DNA of 63,994 bases, filler included, from Octopus bimaculoides (Eukaryota): NCBI RefSeq assembly GCF_001194135.2. It is 5 parts of 5 records of this genome, joined end to end, with 100 filler letters (N's around TTAATTAATTAA, not from the genome) between each part and the next. Parts side by side here need not be neighbours in the genome. Positions count along the whole stretch, not along the records: positions 1 to 25,647 come from NC_068985.1; positions 25,748 to 52,272 come from NC_068983.1; 3 more parts are not named here. The stretch is one strand, 5' to 3'. This document shows positions 23,425 through 34,772 of the stretch, piece by piece. Numbering within the stretch: the first letter of the stretch is position 1; the number at the start of each line of letters is the position of its first letter. The position numbers were made by a program, and so were the translations under genes. Below the pieces are notes generated by a model. It was not told the DNA's origin, did no database searches, and saw only the letters and a list, made by a program, of their open reading frames with translations.

Positions 23425-24869
23425 TATTTCTTTTAAATTGCCATAAAGGCATTACATAGTGGGGACACATGTGGGACATATAACAATTAAAATAAAATAT
23501 GATGTTATGAATGACACATGGAAATGAACATGAAAAACAATAAAATCAAAATATTAAAATAATGATACATGAATGATAACTGAGAAATGAGTAGCACTGA
23601 GTAACACACTTGCCACCTCTGAGTAACACACTTGCCACCTCTGAGTCCTGAGTCGTCTTTAGTCTTTTATCTAGTCTTTCCTTTACCGTTTTCCCCATCG
23701 CCGAATGACAACACTTGCTCCTCCATGTACACATAACCTTTTTCACTGGGGGAGGGGACTTGTAAATTTTGTGGTGTCTGTTCTTTTTTTTTTCTCCTGT
23801 GGGGAAAGGGAGTGGGTGGATTTGCTGTCTGTATGGGCAGGGTGGGTCTGAGTGGCCTTGGGCAGGATGGTGTTAGTCTGGGGTACCACATCATACTGTT
23901 CTTCCTTTTACTCTGTCACTATCCACTCTTCCTCCTTATTTCTTCTGTTTGTCTGTTCTTCCCTTTTCTCATCTGTTTCCACAACCGCTTCTTCTGTTTT
24001 TGTCCTATGCAGAGAGCAGTGTGCTCTAATGTGGCCCTTTTGGCCACATTTAAAATATCGTGGGATTCTGCCCTCCACCCACACTCTTAACATAATCTCT
24101 CCCAACATCACCATCTCCACCAAACTCTCCAATTGCCTCTCCTCTGCCTGTATAATGAGGTCCAGTGTTTTTCCTCTCCATCCTGTTTCCATGGCTTGGA
24201 GGACAGCCACCTCCTCCTCACTTCCAACGAGGATGGTTGCCACAACCCAAGCCACTTCTATATTGGGTGAAATTACTTCTATCCTCACCTTAGAAGTCTT
24301 TTTTCCAAGGTACGTAAGTAGAGGTACCACTTCCTCTGCTTTCACCATTGCACTCGCCAGCCTCCTTGCCTCCTCCACTGTCCCAAACTGGACAACCACT
24401 GTCCCATATCTACTTCTTTTCACTATGTATGTCACTTCCTTCAAAAGTTTTAATGCCTTTTCTATTTTTTCCATCTCCATCTGTTCCACCTTTCTCCTCT
24501 CCACTGAGTACACCTTGTAAGTAATGGTCTTCTTTTCCATATTTTCCATAACCCTTTTCGGGGGTAATAACTTCACGTCACTGCCCACCTACTGTGTCAT
24601 CTTACTCAGCTCCTTCAGTCCGGCTAGGTCCACTTCCCTTTTCTTCACATCTGCAGCCTCAGCAAAACTCTTTATTCTTTCCAAATGCTCATCCATTCTA
24701 TTTACCGCCTTGACAAGCTCCTCTGCTGAGGACAGCTCATACTCGCTAAGGTCTGAATACATTTTTTCTACCGATATAACACCCACTGACAAACCGCTGC
24801 CAAGCAGCACAAAAAGATTCCATCAGACTCATCAAAAATCAACACAGCGAATAGACCGATGCATAGGCA
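23425..24869 (-). mobile_element. ORF1-only non-autonomous retroelement (L1/Tx1-related ORF1, 3' UTR, 15-bp TSD)
   Basis: ORF from ATG 24762, with an in-frame TAG at 24589-24591, continuing to 23908 and, after a frameshift, to 23667. Contains VWVEGRIPRYFKCGQKGHIRAHC (degenerate CCHC knuckle). No EN or RT. Flanks 23410-23424 and 24870-24884 match at 13/15. Confidence 0.8.
23597..23646. repeat. 22-bp perfect tandem duplication (2.3 copies) in the 3' UTR of the ORF1-only element
   Basis: ctgagtaacacacttgccacct twice, followed by ctgagt. Confidence 0.9.
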
Positions 24870-24906
24870 GTAAGCAATTTACTTACCACATAGCCACTCC
24901 TGCGCC
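24870..24906 (-). mobile_element. Family A SINE head, separated from its body at 23290-23424
   Basis: Reverse complement ggcgcaggagtggctatgtggtaagtaaattgcttac; its first 26 nt from gcgcagg match the intact head at 12207. Confidence 0.8.
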
Positions 24907-25387
24907 TGTTCGAGATACTTTATTTTAATAACATAATTTGGTTAATAAACGATGCTCTCTTACACACAGTTTTACCGCAGAAAATTCCCGTGATATTTAT
25001 CTTTGCAAAAAAATCACATTTTTTTTCATTATGTTATCGTGAATACTGTGTAGCAGAAAGTTACAATAAAGTTTTCATTTATTTATTTATTTTTCTTTTT
25101 TTGTTTTGTTGGGTCAACTGGTTTCCCTTTCAGCTATTGTGCATACGCACTCATATTGTTTCATTTTCTGTCACAGCAAGAAATTTCAAAATGGAATACA
25201 AGGATCTCGGAATACAATGTTGAAAACAATTCCAAGATTTATTCCCCGTAAATTCCAACGGTATGTAACATGAAATTTCTTTGATATNNNNNNNNNNTGT
25301 GTGTGTGTATATATGTGTGTGTGTATATATGTGTGTGTGTGTGTATACATGTGTGTGTGTATATATATATATAAGTGTGTGTATGTG

Positions 25388-25428
<41 letters not shown>

Positions 25429-25430
<2 letters not shown>

Positions 25431-25647
25431 GTTGTTGTACTTGGGGATGGTCATATTGCCAGTTTAGCCAATAAAAACACACGCACTGTATATTTGGTGT
25501 TAATATGCTTCAGCTTTATATTACATTAATCTTAATCTTATTAAGATTAATGTAATATAAAGCTGAAGCAAATTAACACCAAATATACAGTGCGTGTGTT
25601 TTTATTGGCTAAACTGGCAATATGACCATCCCCAAGTACAACAACAT
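25429..25647. repeat. Near-perfect palindrome with 107-bp arms and a 5-nt spacer, ending at an assembly join
   Basis: Arms 25429-25535 and 25541-25647 differ at one position. Confidence 0.9.
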
Positions 25648-25747
25648 NNNNNNNNNNNNNNNNNNNNNNNNNNNNNNNNNNNNNNNNNNNNTTAATTAAT
25701 TAANNNNNNNNNNNNNNNNNNNNNNNNNNNNNNNNNNNNNNNNNNNN
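25648..25747. other. Artificial scaffold spacer N44-TTAATTAATTAA-N44 (also at 52273-52372, 58994-59093 and 61852-61951)
   Basis: The identical 100-bp layout occurs four times, and the 12-mer places stop codons in all six frames. Confidence 0.92.
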
Positions 25748-26319
25748 GTTAGAGAGTATTTAACATATTCATTTCGAAAATGCTTTATTTCTTGTACACA
25801 ACGTACTATTAACTCTACTCTCTGTCTCTGTCTCTCTGACTGTCTCCCTTTCTGTGTCTTTGTCTGTCTGTCTGTCTCTCTGTATCGATTTACCTTTTGA
25901 CTTGTTTGCATACCTGTCTCATTTGTCCTATGCATCTTACCATCCACCTATCCGATTTGAGTACTATCTTCCGCGGATACGTAGACACACGTATATACGC
26001 ATATGTATACTTGTGTATGTGTGTATACGTATTCCACATCACAGGTGTAAGAGAACAGCAACAGATCAATATATATTATTGGCTTAAGTTAATTGAAAAC
26101 GATTAATCAATTACCCCAATGACACCGAAGCCCAAATTATATCTGAATGTGTTAATCGTTGTGTTTCAAGTTCTGTATTTGGGTCAAAGGTTAAGAAAAA
26201 GTTTGTTGATAATTAAATATTTTAAAAAAGAACTTTGAGCAATGCAGCTGAGAAGTTAGGCAAAATAGGTTGGGTAATGCCGAAAAATGAAGCAACAAAG
26301 ACAAGATATTCATTTCTAC

Positions 26320-26470
26320 TCTAGGCACAAGACCCGAAATTTTGGGGGAGGGGGGGTAGTCGATTAGACCGTCCCCAGTACGCAACTGGTACTTAATTTA
26401 TCGACCCCGAAAGGATGAAAGGTAAAGTCGACCTCGGCGGAATTTGAACTCAGATCGTAAAGACAGTCAA
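26320..26470 (-). mobile_element. SINE fragment, family C, with a Meta/MESC-like central domain (other copies at about 52985-53125 and 55790-55975)
   Basis: Reverse complement tctgagttcaaattccgccgaggtcgactttacctttcatcctttcggggtcgataaattaagtaccag. The domain name is from recall. Confidence 0.7.
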
Positions 26471-26570
26471 GAGGATGTTTAACGCTTCTGTTTTATTTCA
26501 AGAAAGCTTGTTTTGCATTTCTAATAAAATTAATATATACAAATTATAAAAATAAAAAGAAAATATACAG

Positions 26571-26664
26571 TACAGTACTGTTTCTACTTCGCGGATTTTC
26601 ACTTATCGCGGGGTGGGGATGGGATTTGGAACGTAACACTCGCGATAGTCGAAGGCTTACAGTA
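26571..26664. mobile_element. Possible degenerate Tigger/pogo-type MITE
   Basis: Ends tacagtactgtttctacttcgcg and cgcgatagtcgaaggcttacagta are loosely complementary and TA-flanked. Confidence 0.35.
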
Positions 26665-26765
26665 TTCAAAGACCTCCTTCAGTTCTATATACAAGTGTCG
26701 ATAACAAATTTAAGAGTTATTATTTAACTTTGCTTAATAATTTTGTTTTGCGTTGTCTTTTAAAG

Positions 26766-26966
26766 GTGGACAAATTGTGATTCAATGCCATTCCTCCAAA
26801 GACGGACACCAACCCCCACTTCAACTGATACTTGATTACATTACTGACAATGTTATCGCCAATACATCTGTCTCAGGAATACCATATGTTTCTCCAGACT
26901 CTCAGTATTTGGTCAATGTTAACAAAGACACTGGCCTTATCACTGTTTCGAGAATTTCAGAAGAAG
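26766..26966 (+). CDS. FSTL5: Follistatin-like 4/5 homologue, third-last exon (C-terminal beta-propeller-like region)
   Basis: 201 nt, phase 1-1, acceptor tctttttaaag and donor gtaagt. Encodes GGQIVIQCHSSKDGHQPPLQLILDYITDNVIANTSVSGIPYVSPDSQYLVNVNKDTGLITVSRISEE, resembling the FSTL4/5 block GG...C...DxVTDxVI...GxPYVSPDG. Confidence 0.85.
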
Positions 26967-29289
26967 GTAAGTTTAAAAATTTGTATATCTAGTCGATCGT
27001 TTATCAATATATTTTCCCATGGTGATAAAACATTATACTGATTGGTTATGAAACATGGACATATAGTAGGAAGAATGTTTAAAAGTGTAAAAGGAATCAA
27101 ATTAACTTGTTTCATTGAATGCGCAATGTCCGTTTGTCTGAAGAAGGGAACATAGATGAGCTGAGAAGGAAAGATGGACCTTACAAGAACGATCCAGGGT
27201 GTAAGAGAAAAGATTATGTTTGGGTGGAGAGGAGTCTGCAGAAGAGGACGGCTAAAGAATATGGAGGAAGAAGAGTTGATGGCTTAACTCTGGATGCTGA
27301 ACATCATAATGGAAATGATAAGGTACCGCAGCAAGTGAAATGATGTCTGTGATACTCCGAACCTGTCCATTCCAATGCTGGTATAGAAAAATAAATTTTT
27401 AAATGATGATGATGATGATGGTGATAATGATTATATTAAGATATTCTTTGAAATAAATCAATAAAAGCACAAGAAAACGTACAAGATATAATTTCAGAAA
27501 CCAGAAAACTTTAATTTGTTATTGCATGATTGCACATTTCTTGGATAATTTTTGTTTAAATATGGAAACAAAATTTGTTCATTTTGTTGTCTAATTGTCT
27601 TATTCCCACTTATTAACTGGAACTGGCAGCTTGACATAAAATTCCTGTTATTATTATAATGAGTGCTTAGCAGTTCCCATTGCATTTACAGTTTTATACT
27701 GTTTCCTTGTCAAAAGATTTTTTAAGGACGTATTTATTTTCATATCTGCACTCAAACACCCCCAGCAATATTTTCTCGAACATCTGCAAAATACAGCATG
27801 ATATTATGATACTTTTCATTCAAGAACACAAGATAGATTATATTTTTTAACAAGGATTTTGCAATTTTAATTATGAGCCACCATATTGCGTTATCATCAG
27901 TTCTATTCTTCAAGATATACGTGCACTGGATTTGCACGAGTTAAATTTTATTTTTGTTTCTGAAAGAGTTGGTAAATTCTGTATGCTGGCTCTTCAAACA
28001 TATTTTCAGCAATTTCGATATAATTCCTTCGTTTCTTACATTGATGCTTCTGTGGGACATCTTTCACTGAGCGATTAAAATGTAGTGTTACCGTCGTTGA
28101 GGGTTTGGCTTACTTCTCAATGTGGTCTTTCCCGTGCAATCATAACTAATATTTACAAAACAAGAGTTGCTTTATTTGTTCTCTATTCTTAAAATCCATT
28201 TTGTTTCATTACATTATACTCCTGTACAGCACAATTAGTTATCGCTTTTTCTGTCAGGGGATTGTACTAACATTTCGCCCGCTTTTGATGTTGATCATAT
28301 TTGTTATGGCTATAGATGAAGGTTAACATTTCTTTAGCTATACACACAGCTTTTGTTTGACATTCTGTGAGAACAATACTTACCAGTATATCTAAAAATA
28401 AAGATGGTACTTCGATTAATTAACATCTTTGCGGTAAGTTATTTCTAAACTTTTATAGGCAGTAGCTGTAGTTATGATGTGAAATCACCAACCTGTCATC
28501 TCTATGCAACCCTCTATCAAAATAGTTATATGTCTTTCTAAGTTCAATGTATAACAAAGTATCAACCAATCCATACTTTGATGCCACTGTACCTGATAAT
28601 ATTGTCAATAAATCTGTAGTTGAGAATCAAATATCTAAATCACACGGCCATGCATACAAATATAATGAGAATAAAAAATATTCTTAAATCATTAGTGTTA
28701 ATGAAATTCCTTTTAAAGACAGATGGAATTTTAATTAGACTCACTTTAATTATGCGAGCTCCGCTTAACTTCATGCAAAAGATAGCCTTTGGAAACGCAT
28801 CCGTTGTAATGGCATCGAATAAATTGTCAATATTTTCTGCACAAAAGAATGTGTCTGCAAGACCATGAAAAACTTCTGATCATATATTATAAGATGATGG
28901 GATCTTTTAAAACTGAATTCTGAGAAACAGGTGTTATGAGATTACTGGGTAACACGTAAATATCCATCTTCTATGATCTGGACCGTTTCGACGAGTTCAA
29001 AGACTGCTTCAGGCTTTATTGTCTACTTTGGAATGGTTTCTGTAACTGGATGTCCTTCCTAATGCCAACCACTTTACACAGAGTACTGAGTGCTTTTTTG
29101 CGGCACCAGCGCTAGTGAGATCACTATGCAGCTTGGGAGGTTCTGTTATAGCCCCCACTCAACCGAAGCTGAGTGGAGCTGCTATAAAGGTGGTTTTATG
29201 CTGGAACATGAAGAGTTAAAGTGTGATAGCAGGAGCTAAAACAGAACGAGTTTCTTACTGTAGAGGAGCTACGTGGGTACTATATCTTT

Positions 29290-29416
29290 CAGGGTGTCCA
29301 CAAAGTCTGGGTACCTGGAGTACATAAAATCATAACATAAACAATTAAATATAAGAAATAATAATTTCTTAAAGTATGTGTTAATCCCCACGTACCCAGA
29401 CTTTGTGAACACCCTG
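29290..29416. mobile_element. Tc1/mariner-type MITE, 127 bp
   Basis: 25-bp TIRs cagggtgtccacaaagtctgggtac and gtacccagactttgtgaacaccctg (1 mismatch). TA on the right flank, TT on the left. Confidence 0.8.
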
Positions 29417-29611
29417 TAGAAGAGAATGTAGGAGTGGCCGGGATGAAGCTAGAAAGAAAAATAAAAGAGTGGGACATGAGGTATCAGAGTGGAGCCTCAA
29501 GTTACGAAGTATATAAGAATGAGTATGGACAGGAGAACCGAGAGTGCGTGTTGCTTACAATACTGAGTTCTGCTGTTTTGTTTCAATGTGACACCTTGTC
29601 ATATTTTTTAA

Positions 29612-29801
29612 CCCTTTAGCATTCGGATTACTCTGTCAAATGTAATGAAAATTTATTCCCATTGTTTTGAACTATTTCATAGCTTTGAGATTTCAATGAT
29701 GTGATTATTTAGGGTAGGTGTGACAGGTCAGATCTAGCCAGTTTGAATATACAATAGATAAAATATCTGGGCCTGGGATGGCTGCTTTAAATGCAAAAGG
29801 G
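29612..29801. mobile_element. piggyBac-type MITE, 190 bp, with TTAA TSDs
   Basis: TTAA at 29608-29611 and 29802-29805. TIRs ccctttagcatt and aatgcaaaaggg (11/12). Confidence 0.8.
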
Positions 29802-30602
29802 TTAAAATTTAAAATGTTGTTGTCAAGGATTCCCTTACTCGCTACTCAATCTCTCTGTAGAGTTTACTAAATTATGCTTTTCCTTTTTCTTTGAAATGTT
29901 TCAAGTTTGCATAGAATTCAGTTAACTTTCTATTCCGTTATCTTTGTTTAAATGAGTGTCTACCGTTTGCACATACTCTGTCAGTCTTGTGGTATTTATG
30001 AGGTTATAAATATTTCACATTCTATCTTTTACATGTAGGTTTTTAGCTTTGTCACCAAGTATGAGACTACGATAGGAATTTCTATAAGAATCCCATAACA
30101 GGGTTTATGAGAAACATTTCTAAATTCTACATCATTATAAAAGATTCAGTTTCAACTGCTTCCAATCTCCAATTTTGGAACAGCACGCATAAACATAGTT
30201 TCATACATAAATATATTTCCTTCTTTAAGTGGTTCCAATCTTTCGGAAACCTCGTTCTAAACTCGCCGTTGACGACATCGATATCAATAGAGTGTCTGGT
30301 ATTGTTTTAATGAGTTTATATGGTGGAATAGTAAAGTCCTCCTTGGAATAAAGAGTCATTAATAGAATGCAACCAAATAACACGGGACTTTTTAGTAGAT
30401 TGCATCGATTCTGCCATCTTTGTGCATTTATACAATACTATAATATACAACAATACAATGAAATATATATATATATATGTATGTTTGTATGTATGTACGT
30501 ATGTATGTATGTATGTATGTATGTATGTATGTATGTATACATATATATACATATATATAAATATATATATACATATATATATATATACATAAAGCCATAA
30601 TG

Positions 30603-30652
<50 letters not shown>

Positions 30653-32404
30653 CATATATATTATATATGCATGTATTTGTATATGTGTGTGCATGTGTGT
30701 ATATATATATACGCACACACAGAGTTCTATTCAAATCTAAAGAACTTTGCAGGCTTTTTCTTGTCTCATTAGACAGCGTTAGTCCAGTTCGCTCTAAGCC
30801 CGTTCATTACGGTACAATGTGTGCTGGCAACTAATTATTATTATATATAATCTCATATGACTGATTACAAAGTGTAGCTTAAATCTACAAGACACCACCT
30901 TTCAGCCTGAGAAAGCAACAGCAGAAACAAACATGTTCGTCACGGCAGACGACCGTTGAGAAGCAGCCTCGCTCACGTTTGTCTGGTCTATCTCTCTGCT
31001 ATATTTCTATCACCTTTGACTTTGGACGAGCATCATTTAACTCTCAAATGTTCGTTGAGCTCTTCCAATGAATAAAAGTTAGTTTACACGAGTTAAGTCA
31101 TGATTGGAGGGTTTCTAAATGTTTCTAGTTAGCATACACATACAGACACATGGACATATGCACACACATGGAATTACTTAAATATTTACATGTGTGCAAA
31201 GCTATGTGACTACCTACAACGGGGTTTTGAGTTCAATCCTGCCAAGTTAATCATAGGTAAAGTGTTTTCTACCGTAGCTTAGTGAGATATAGACACCAGC
31301 TACGAAGGAGCTCATCAAATATATATATGTCCGCGTGTGTGTGTGTGTGTGTGTGTGCGCGCGCACGCTAATCTGTAAAACACGCACGCACGCACACATA
31401 TTAATAGTTTGACTCAACTGTGCATTACTTAAAGATTCGTGGGTGTGGGATACGTCCACCTTATCTGATGAGTGTACAATGAGCACAAAACTAAGCAGTG
31501 TAGAGTTAATATATATATATGTATATATATTTATATATATATATATATATAGTTGAAATTTGATGAAAATCAATAGACAAAACAGTTATAGGAAAAACAA
31601 GCAAATGCATTAGTTTGTCGCACGAGAAAATAACAAAAGTCGTTTACGTTTCGAGCCTACGCTGTTCAGCGGAATGGAATAAGAGAAAATAAACAGAAAG
31701 AGAGAATGAAAAAGCTTGTAGATTACAGACGAATATATATATAAGAGTGAAAGACATACACGACAATAAATGGAAAAGTCAGTAAACAGATTGGTACAAA
31801 TGGTAGCTGCGTTGTTATGCAGAAACTTAACGATTCTGTCCTGGAAAATACACTAAATTGACAAAGTATGAGACAAAACTTAACGATATCTTACGACTAA
31901 AAGGATTTAATGTCGGGTGACTTTTGACGCGAAACAGAAAAAAAGAGGAGATGCTAGCACAGAAATAAATAAGAATAGACTTTTGTATAGATCTCTTAGA
32001 GACAGAGAAAAATGTGAAACACGTGCGATCAGTTCGAGATTTGTAAGAAAAAAAAGGACGATAGATGAGGTGGACTCAGAAAGGGCAAACTATAGGAATA
32101 GGAGTAAGAAATAGAAATTAAGAAAGAGAGAGAGACAGACAGACAGACAGATAGACAGAGAGAGGGTGAAAAGATGGTGGAAGTTATAGTGAGAGTAAAA
32201 TCTGTAGAAATGAGAAATATAGACTGTTTTGGCTAGAAATAGCAATGATAACTGAAAAATTGAACCGCAATTAACAAGGAAAAAGATTAATAGATGTGGA
32301 TAAACCCGTTTCATCAGCCGTGTTATCCAAAATCTTTACGATTTCTGCATTGGAGAACATGGTATCTTTCATCTGGAAGGCATTATTATGACACGCACGC
32401 ACGC

Positions 32405-32462
<58 letters not shown>

Positions 32463-32621
32463 ATCCTGCACACATACTTTTGCTATTCTTATAAATTCTT
32501 CTCTTCCATTCTGTATCATGAATGACGTTCCTTTAGAAAAAAATTTACATCTAATGCAACTAATAGAAAAGTTGTTGACTTGAATAATTATAATTATATG
32601 CACACACACACACACATACAT

Positions 32622-32681
<60 letters not shown>

Positions 32682-32801
32682 GCAAGTGTGTGTATAAATG
32701 TCTATTTGTATTGATACCGGTTTTTTGTCTCAAATATTTTGGAGCAAATATATTATGAATAAAATTTCAAATCTTTCTTTTTAATTCAATTTCTTTAACA
32801 G

Positions 32802-32966
32802 GTGAATTTGGTTACAGTTTCACTGTTTCTACTGGCAATTCTATCAACGATATTGCCTTCTTCCCTTCATCTAGAAAAAATGGTTATGATATCTTTATGA
32901 CATCTGGAAGCCTTAGTAATATTATCTACGTAAATCTTGACAGTGGAGCCATGAATATTCTAGAAG
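32802..32966 (+). CDS. FSTL5: Follistatin-like 4/5 homologue, penultimate exon
   Basis: 165 nt, phase 1-1, acceptor ttctttaacag and donor gtaagt. Encodes GEFGYSFTVSTGNSINDIAFFPSSRKNGYDIFMTSGSLSNIIYVNLDSGAMNILE, in frame with both neighbouring exons and resembling ISDLAFQPSF...VELSSGKV. Confidence 0.85.
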
Positions 32967-33179
32967 GTAAGTCATTACAAATCTATGTACGACGACACAG
33001 GATGTCTGTATTGTGCTTAAGCTCACTCTTTTACTTAATGTAAACAACTCATTGTTTTTTTTCTTCTGTTTTATCTTTTTTGCCTTGTTTCTGACAACTA
33101 CCATCATTATGGCCAATAAATAAATCATTGTAAGACGTAGTTATACTGATAAATAATTTTATCGCATTTCTCCGTCTTT

Positions 33180-33297
33180 TCCATTTCTTTCTTCCCTATC
33201 CTTGATATAAAGCCTCACACAAATTGTTGTCTGTCCTTGTGATGTCTTCCTCATCTATGCCCCTATGGCGAATAAAAGCAATTATTATTATTATTAC
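33180..33297 (+). mobile_element. Short 3'-terminal fragment of an L1/Tx1-like element
   Basis: Ends cccctatggcgaataaaagcaattattattatt, similar to the 3' termini of the elements at 8500 and 23425. Confidence 0.45.
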
Positions 33298-33780
33298 TGA
33301 GTGAGAGAGCAGTGCATGCCATCAAAGTGACACTAGGGTAAAATATACGAAGCCCAGTATACCCATCATGACTACCCGTCTGATAAGGGTACACCAGGCA
33401 CATGCATCACAAACATATGTGCAGTACATGGTGATCTCATATCAAGATAAACAGCGCATAACCTTGCAGGTGAGGCCCAGTTAGAATTTTCTTCAGGTGG
33501 AGTAGCCCATCCAAACTTAAGAGGTCCCTGAATGAGGTTTGTGTTAAGGATGATGAACAAAGCACCTACGTTTCCAAAGGTGAATCATTCAAACCCCAAA
33601 GAATTCCTCTCAACACATGCCTATGATGCTCCCCCACAACTTCTGCTCATAATCAGAGAGGCACTTATCGTCAGCCACCAAGGGACATGCACAACTGGTT
33701 AAGGTCAAACAACTGACAAACAAATCTGTGGTATTGAGCAGAATATTTGCTGTAGTCCATCTTTTATACCAAGATAAAAC
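33275..33780 (-). mobile_element. Non-coding retroposon remnant with (AAT)n tail
   Basis: The reverse complement ends gcatgcactgctctctcactcagtaataataat. The block is GC-richer than the surrounding intron; family unnamed. Confidence 0.5.
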
Positions 33781-34276
33781 ATATACAAGATAAAACATAT
33801 ACAAGATAATATTTTCAATCAATTATGATTGACAAAATTCTGTGCTGCAGCAGTGAACAAGTCGCGGTTTCAAAGCGACGAAAATATTTTGGCAAATTAA
33901 ATTTAAATGCTGAAATGAATCTAACGGTTTTTGTGTGTTTTTAAATGGCTTCCACGCTGCAATTGTTTATAATCTAAAATGTTTTCCCATTATACAATTC
34001 TGTTACGTTTATGTATTTGTACAGTGCGCATGTTTGTTTGGGAAAAAAAATGACTGTCTCGAAATATAACAAATCTGTAAGTTTTATTTGAAAAGGTATC
34101 AGATACCATTTCTTGCCGGTCCAGAAAATATTTAGAAACCTTTCTCTTGGAGTTGAATAGAATGGAATAGAATAGAATAGAGAGTAATTTGCTTAATTAT
34201 GAATTAAGGAATCTCGGTTCCGTTGACATTCCTCGTTGGTTTTTCATTGTCGTATTTTGTGTCTTATCTTTTCTAG

Positions 34277-34485
34277 GTATTGGTCGTACCAATGAAGAGA
34301 AATCGTGGCCTTGGTTAGAAAATAAGTGGTCAATCATCGGTGGCAATGTCTTCAGTGAATATTTGCTGACCTCAATGAAGTATTCTGTCATCATCCTTAA
34401 TGGCCACATGAGACAAGTACAATGTGAGTTCAGAGATTTGAAAAAAAGTGATGTGGCTATATTTGCTGAACCATACGAAGGATGA
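34277..34485 (+). CDS. FSTL5: Follistatin-like 4/5 homologue, terminal coding exon
   Basis: Acceptor tcttttctag, phase 1. Encodes GIGRTNEEKSWPWLENKWSIIGGNVFSEYLLTSMKYSVIILNGHMRQVQCEFRDLKKSDVAIFAEPYEG*, resembling EWPW...GLFGQYLMT...LFILDGR...NCEI. AATAAA at 34511-34516. Confidence 0.87.
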
Positions 34486-34696
34486 GTCGTCATTAATATA
34501 TAATATTAAAAATAAAATATGAAAAAAAAAAAAGAAATAAAAGCTAAACACACAAAAAAAAAGAGAACAACAGTCAGATCTCTAAATTTATTTATCTATA
34601 TGATTATTTTGTCACTTCTCTATTCCATTCCATCTTAATTCTCCTCTACCCCATTTCCAAATCCTACATAACCCCTCCATAAAATTATGTTCTGAC

Positions 34697-34698
<2 letters not shown>

Positions 34699-34772
<74 letters not shown>
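34699..34772. repeat. (ATT)n microsatellite
   Basis: Direct reading. Confidence 0.95.

Noticed and set aside
25692-25703. TTAATTAATTAA motif repeated four times, superficially piggyBac TTAA sites
   Set aside because: It is always centred in an exact N44+12+N44 spacer, so it is a synthetic six-frame stop linker.
27720-28900. Several 60-100 aa open stretches that might be a decayed coding element
   Set aside because: No motif could be recognised in any frame, so no call is supportable without a translated search.
28975-29015. Hammerhead-like remnants on the minus strand (also 39495-39535 and 49725-49750)
   Set aside because: Each lacks an essential element (stem I pairing, GAAA or an intact core).
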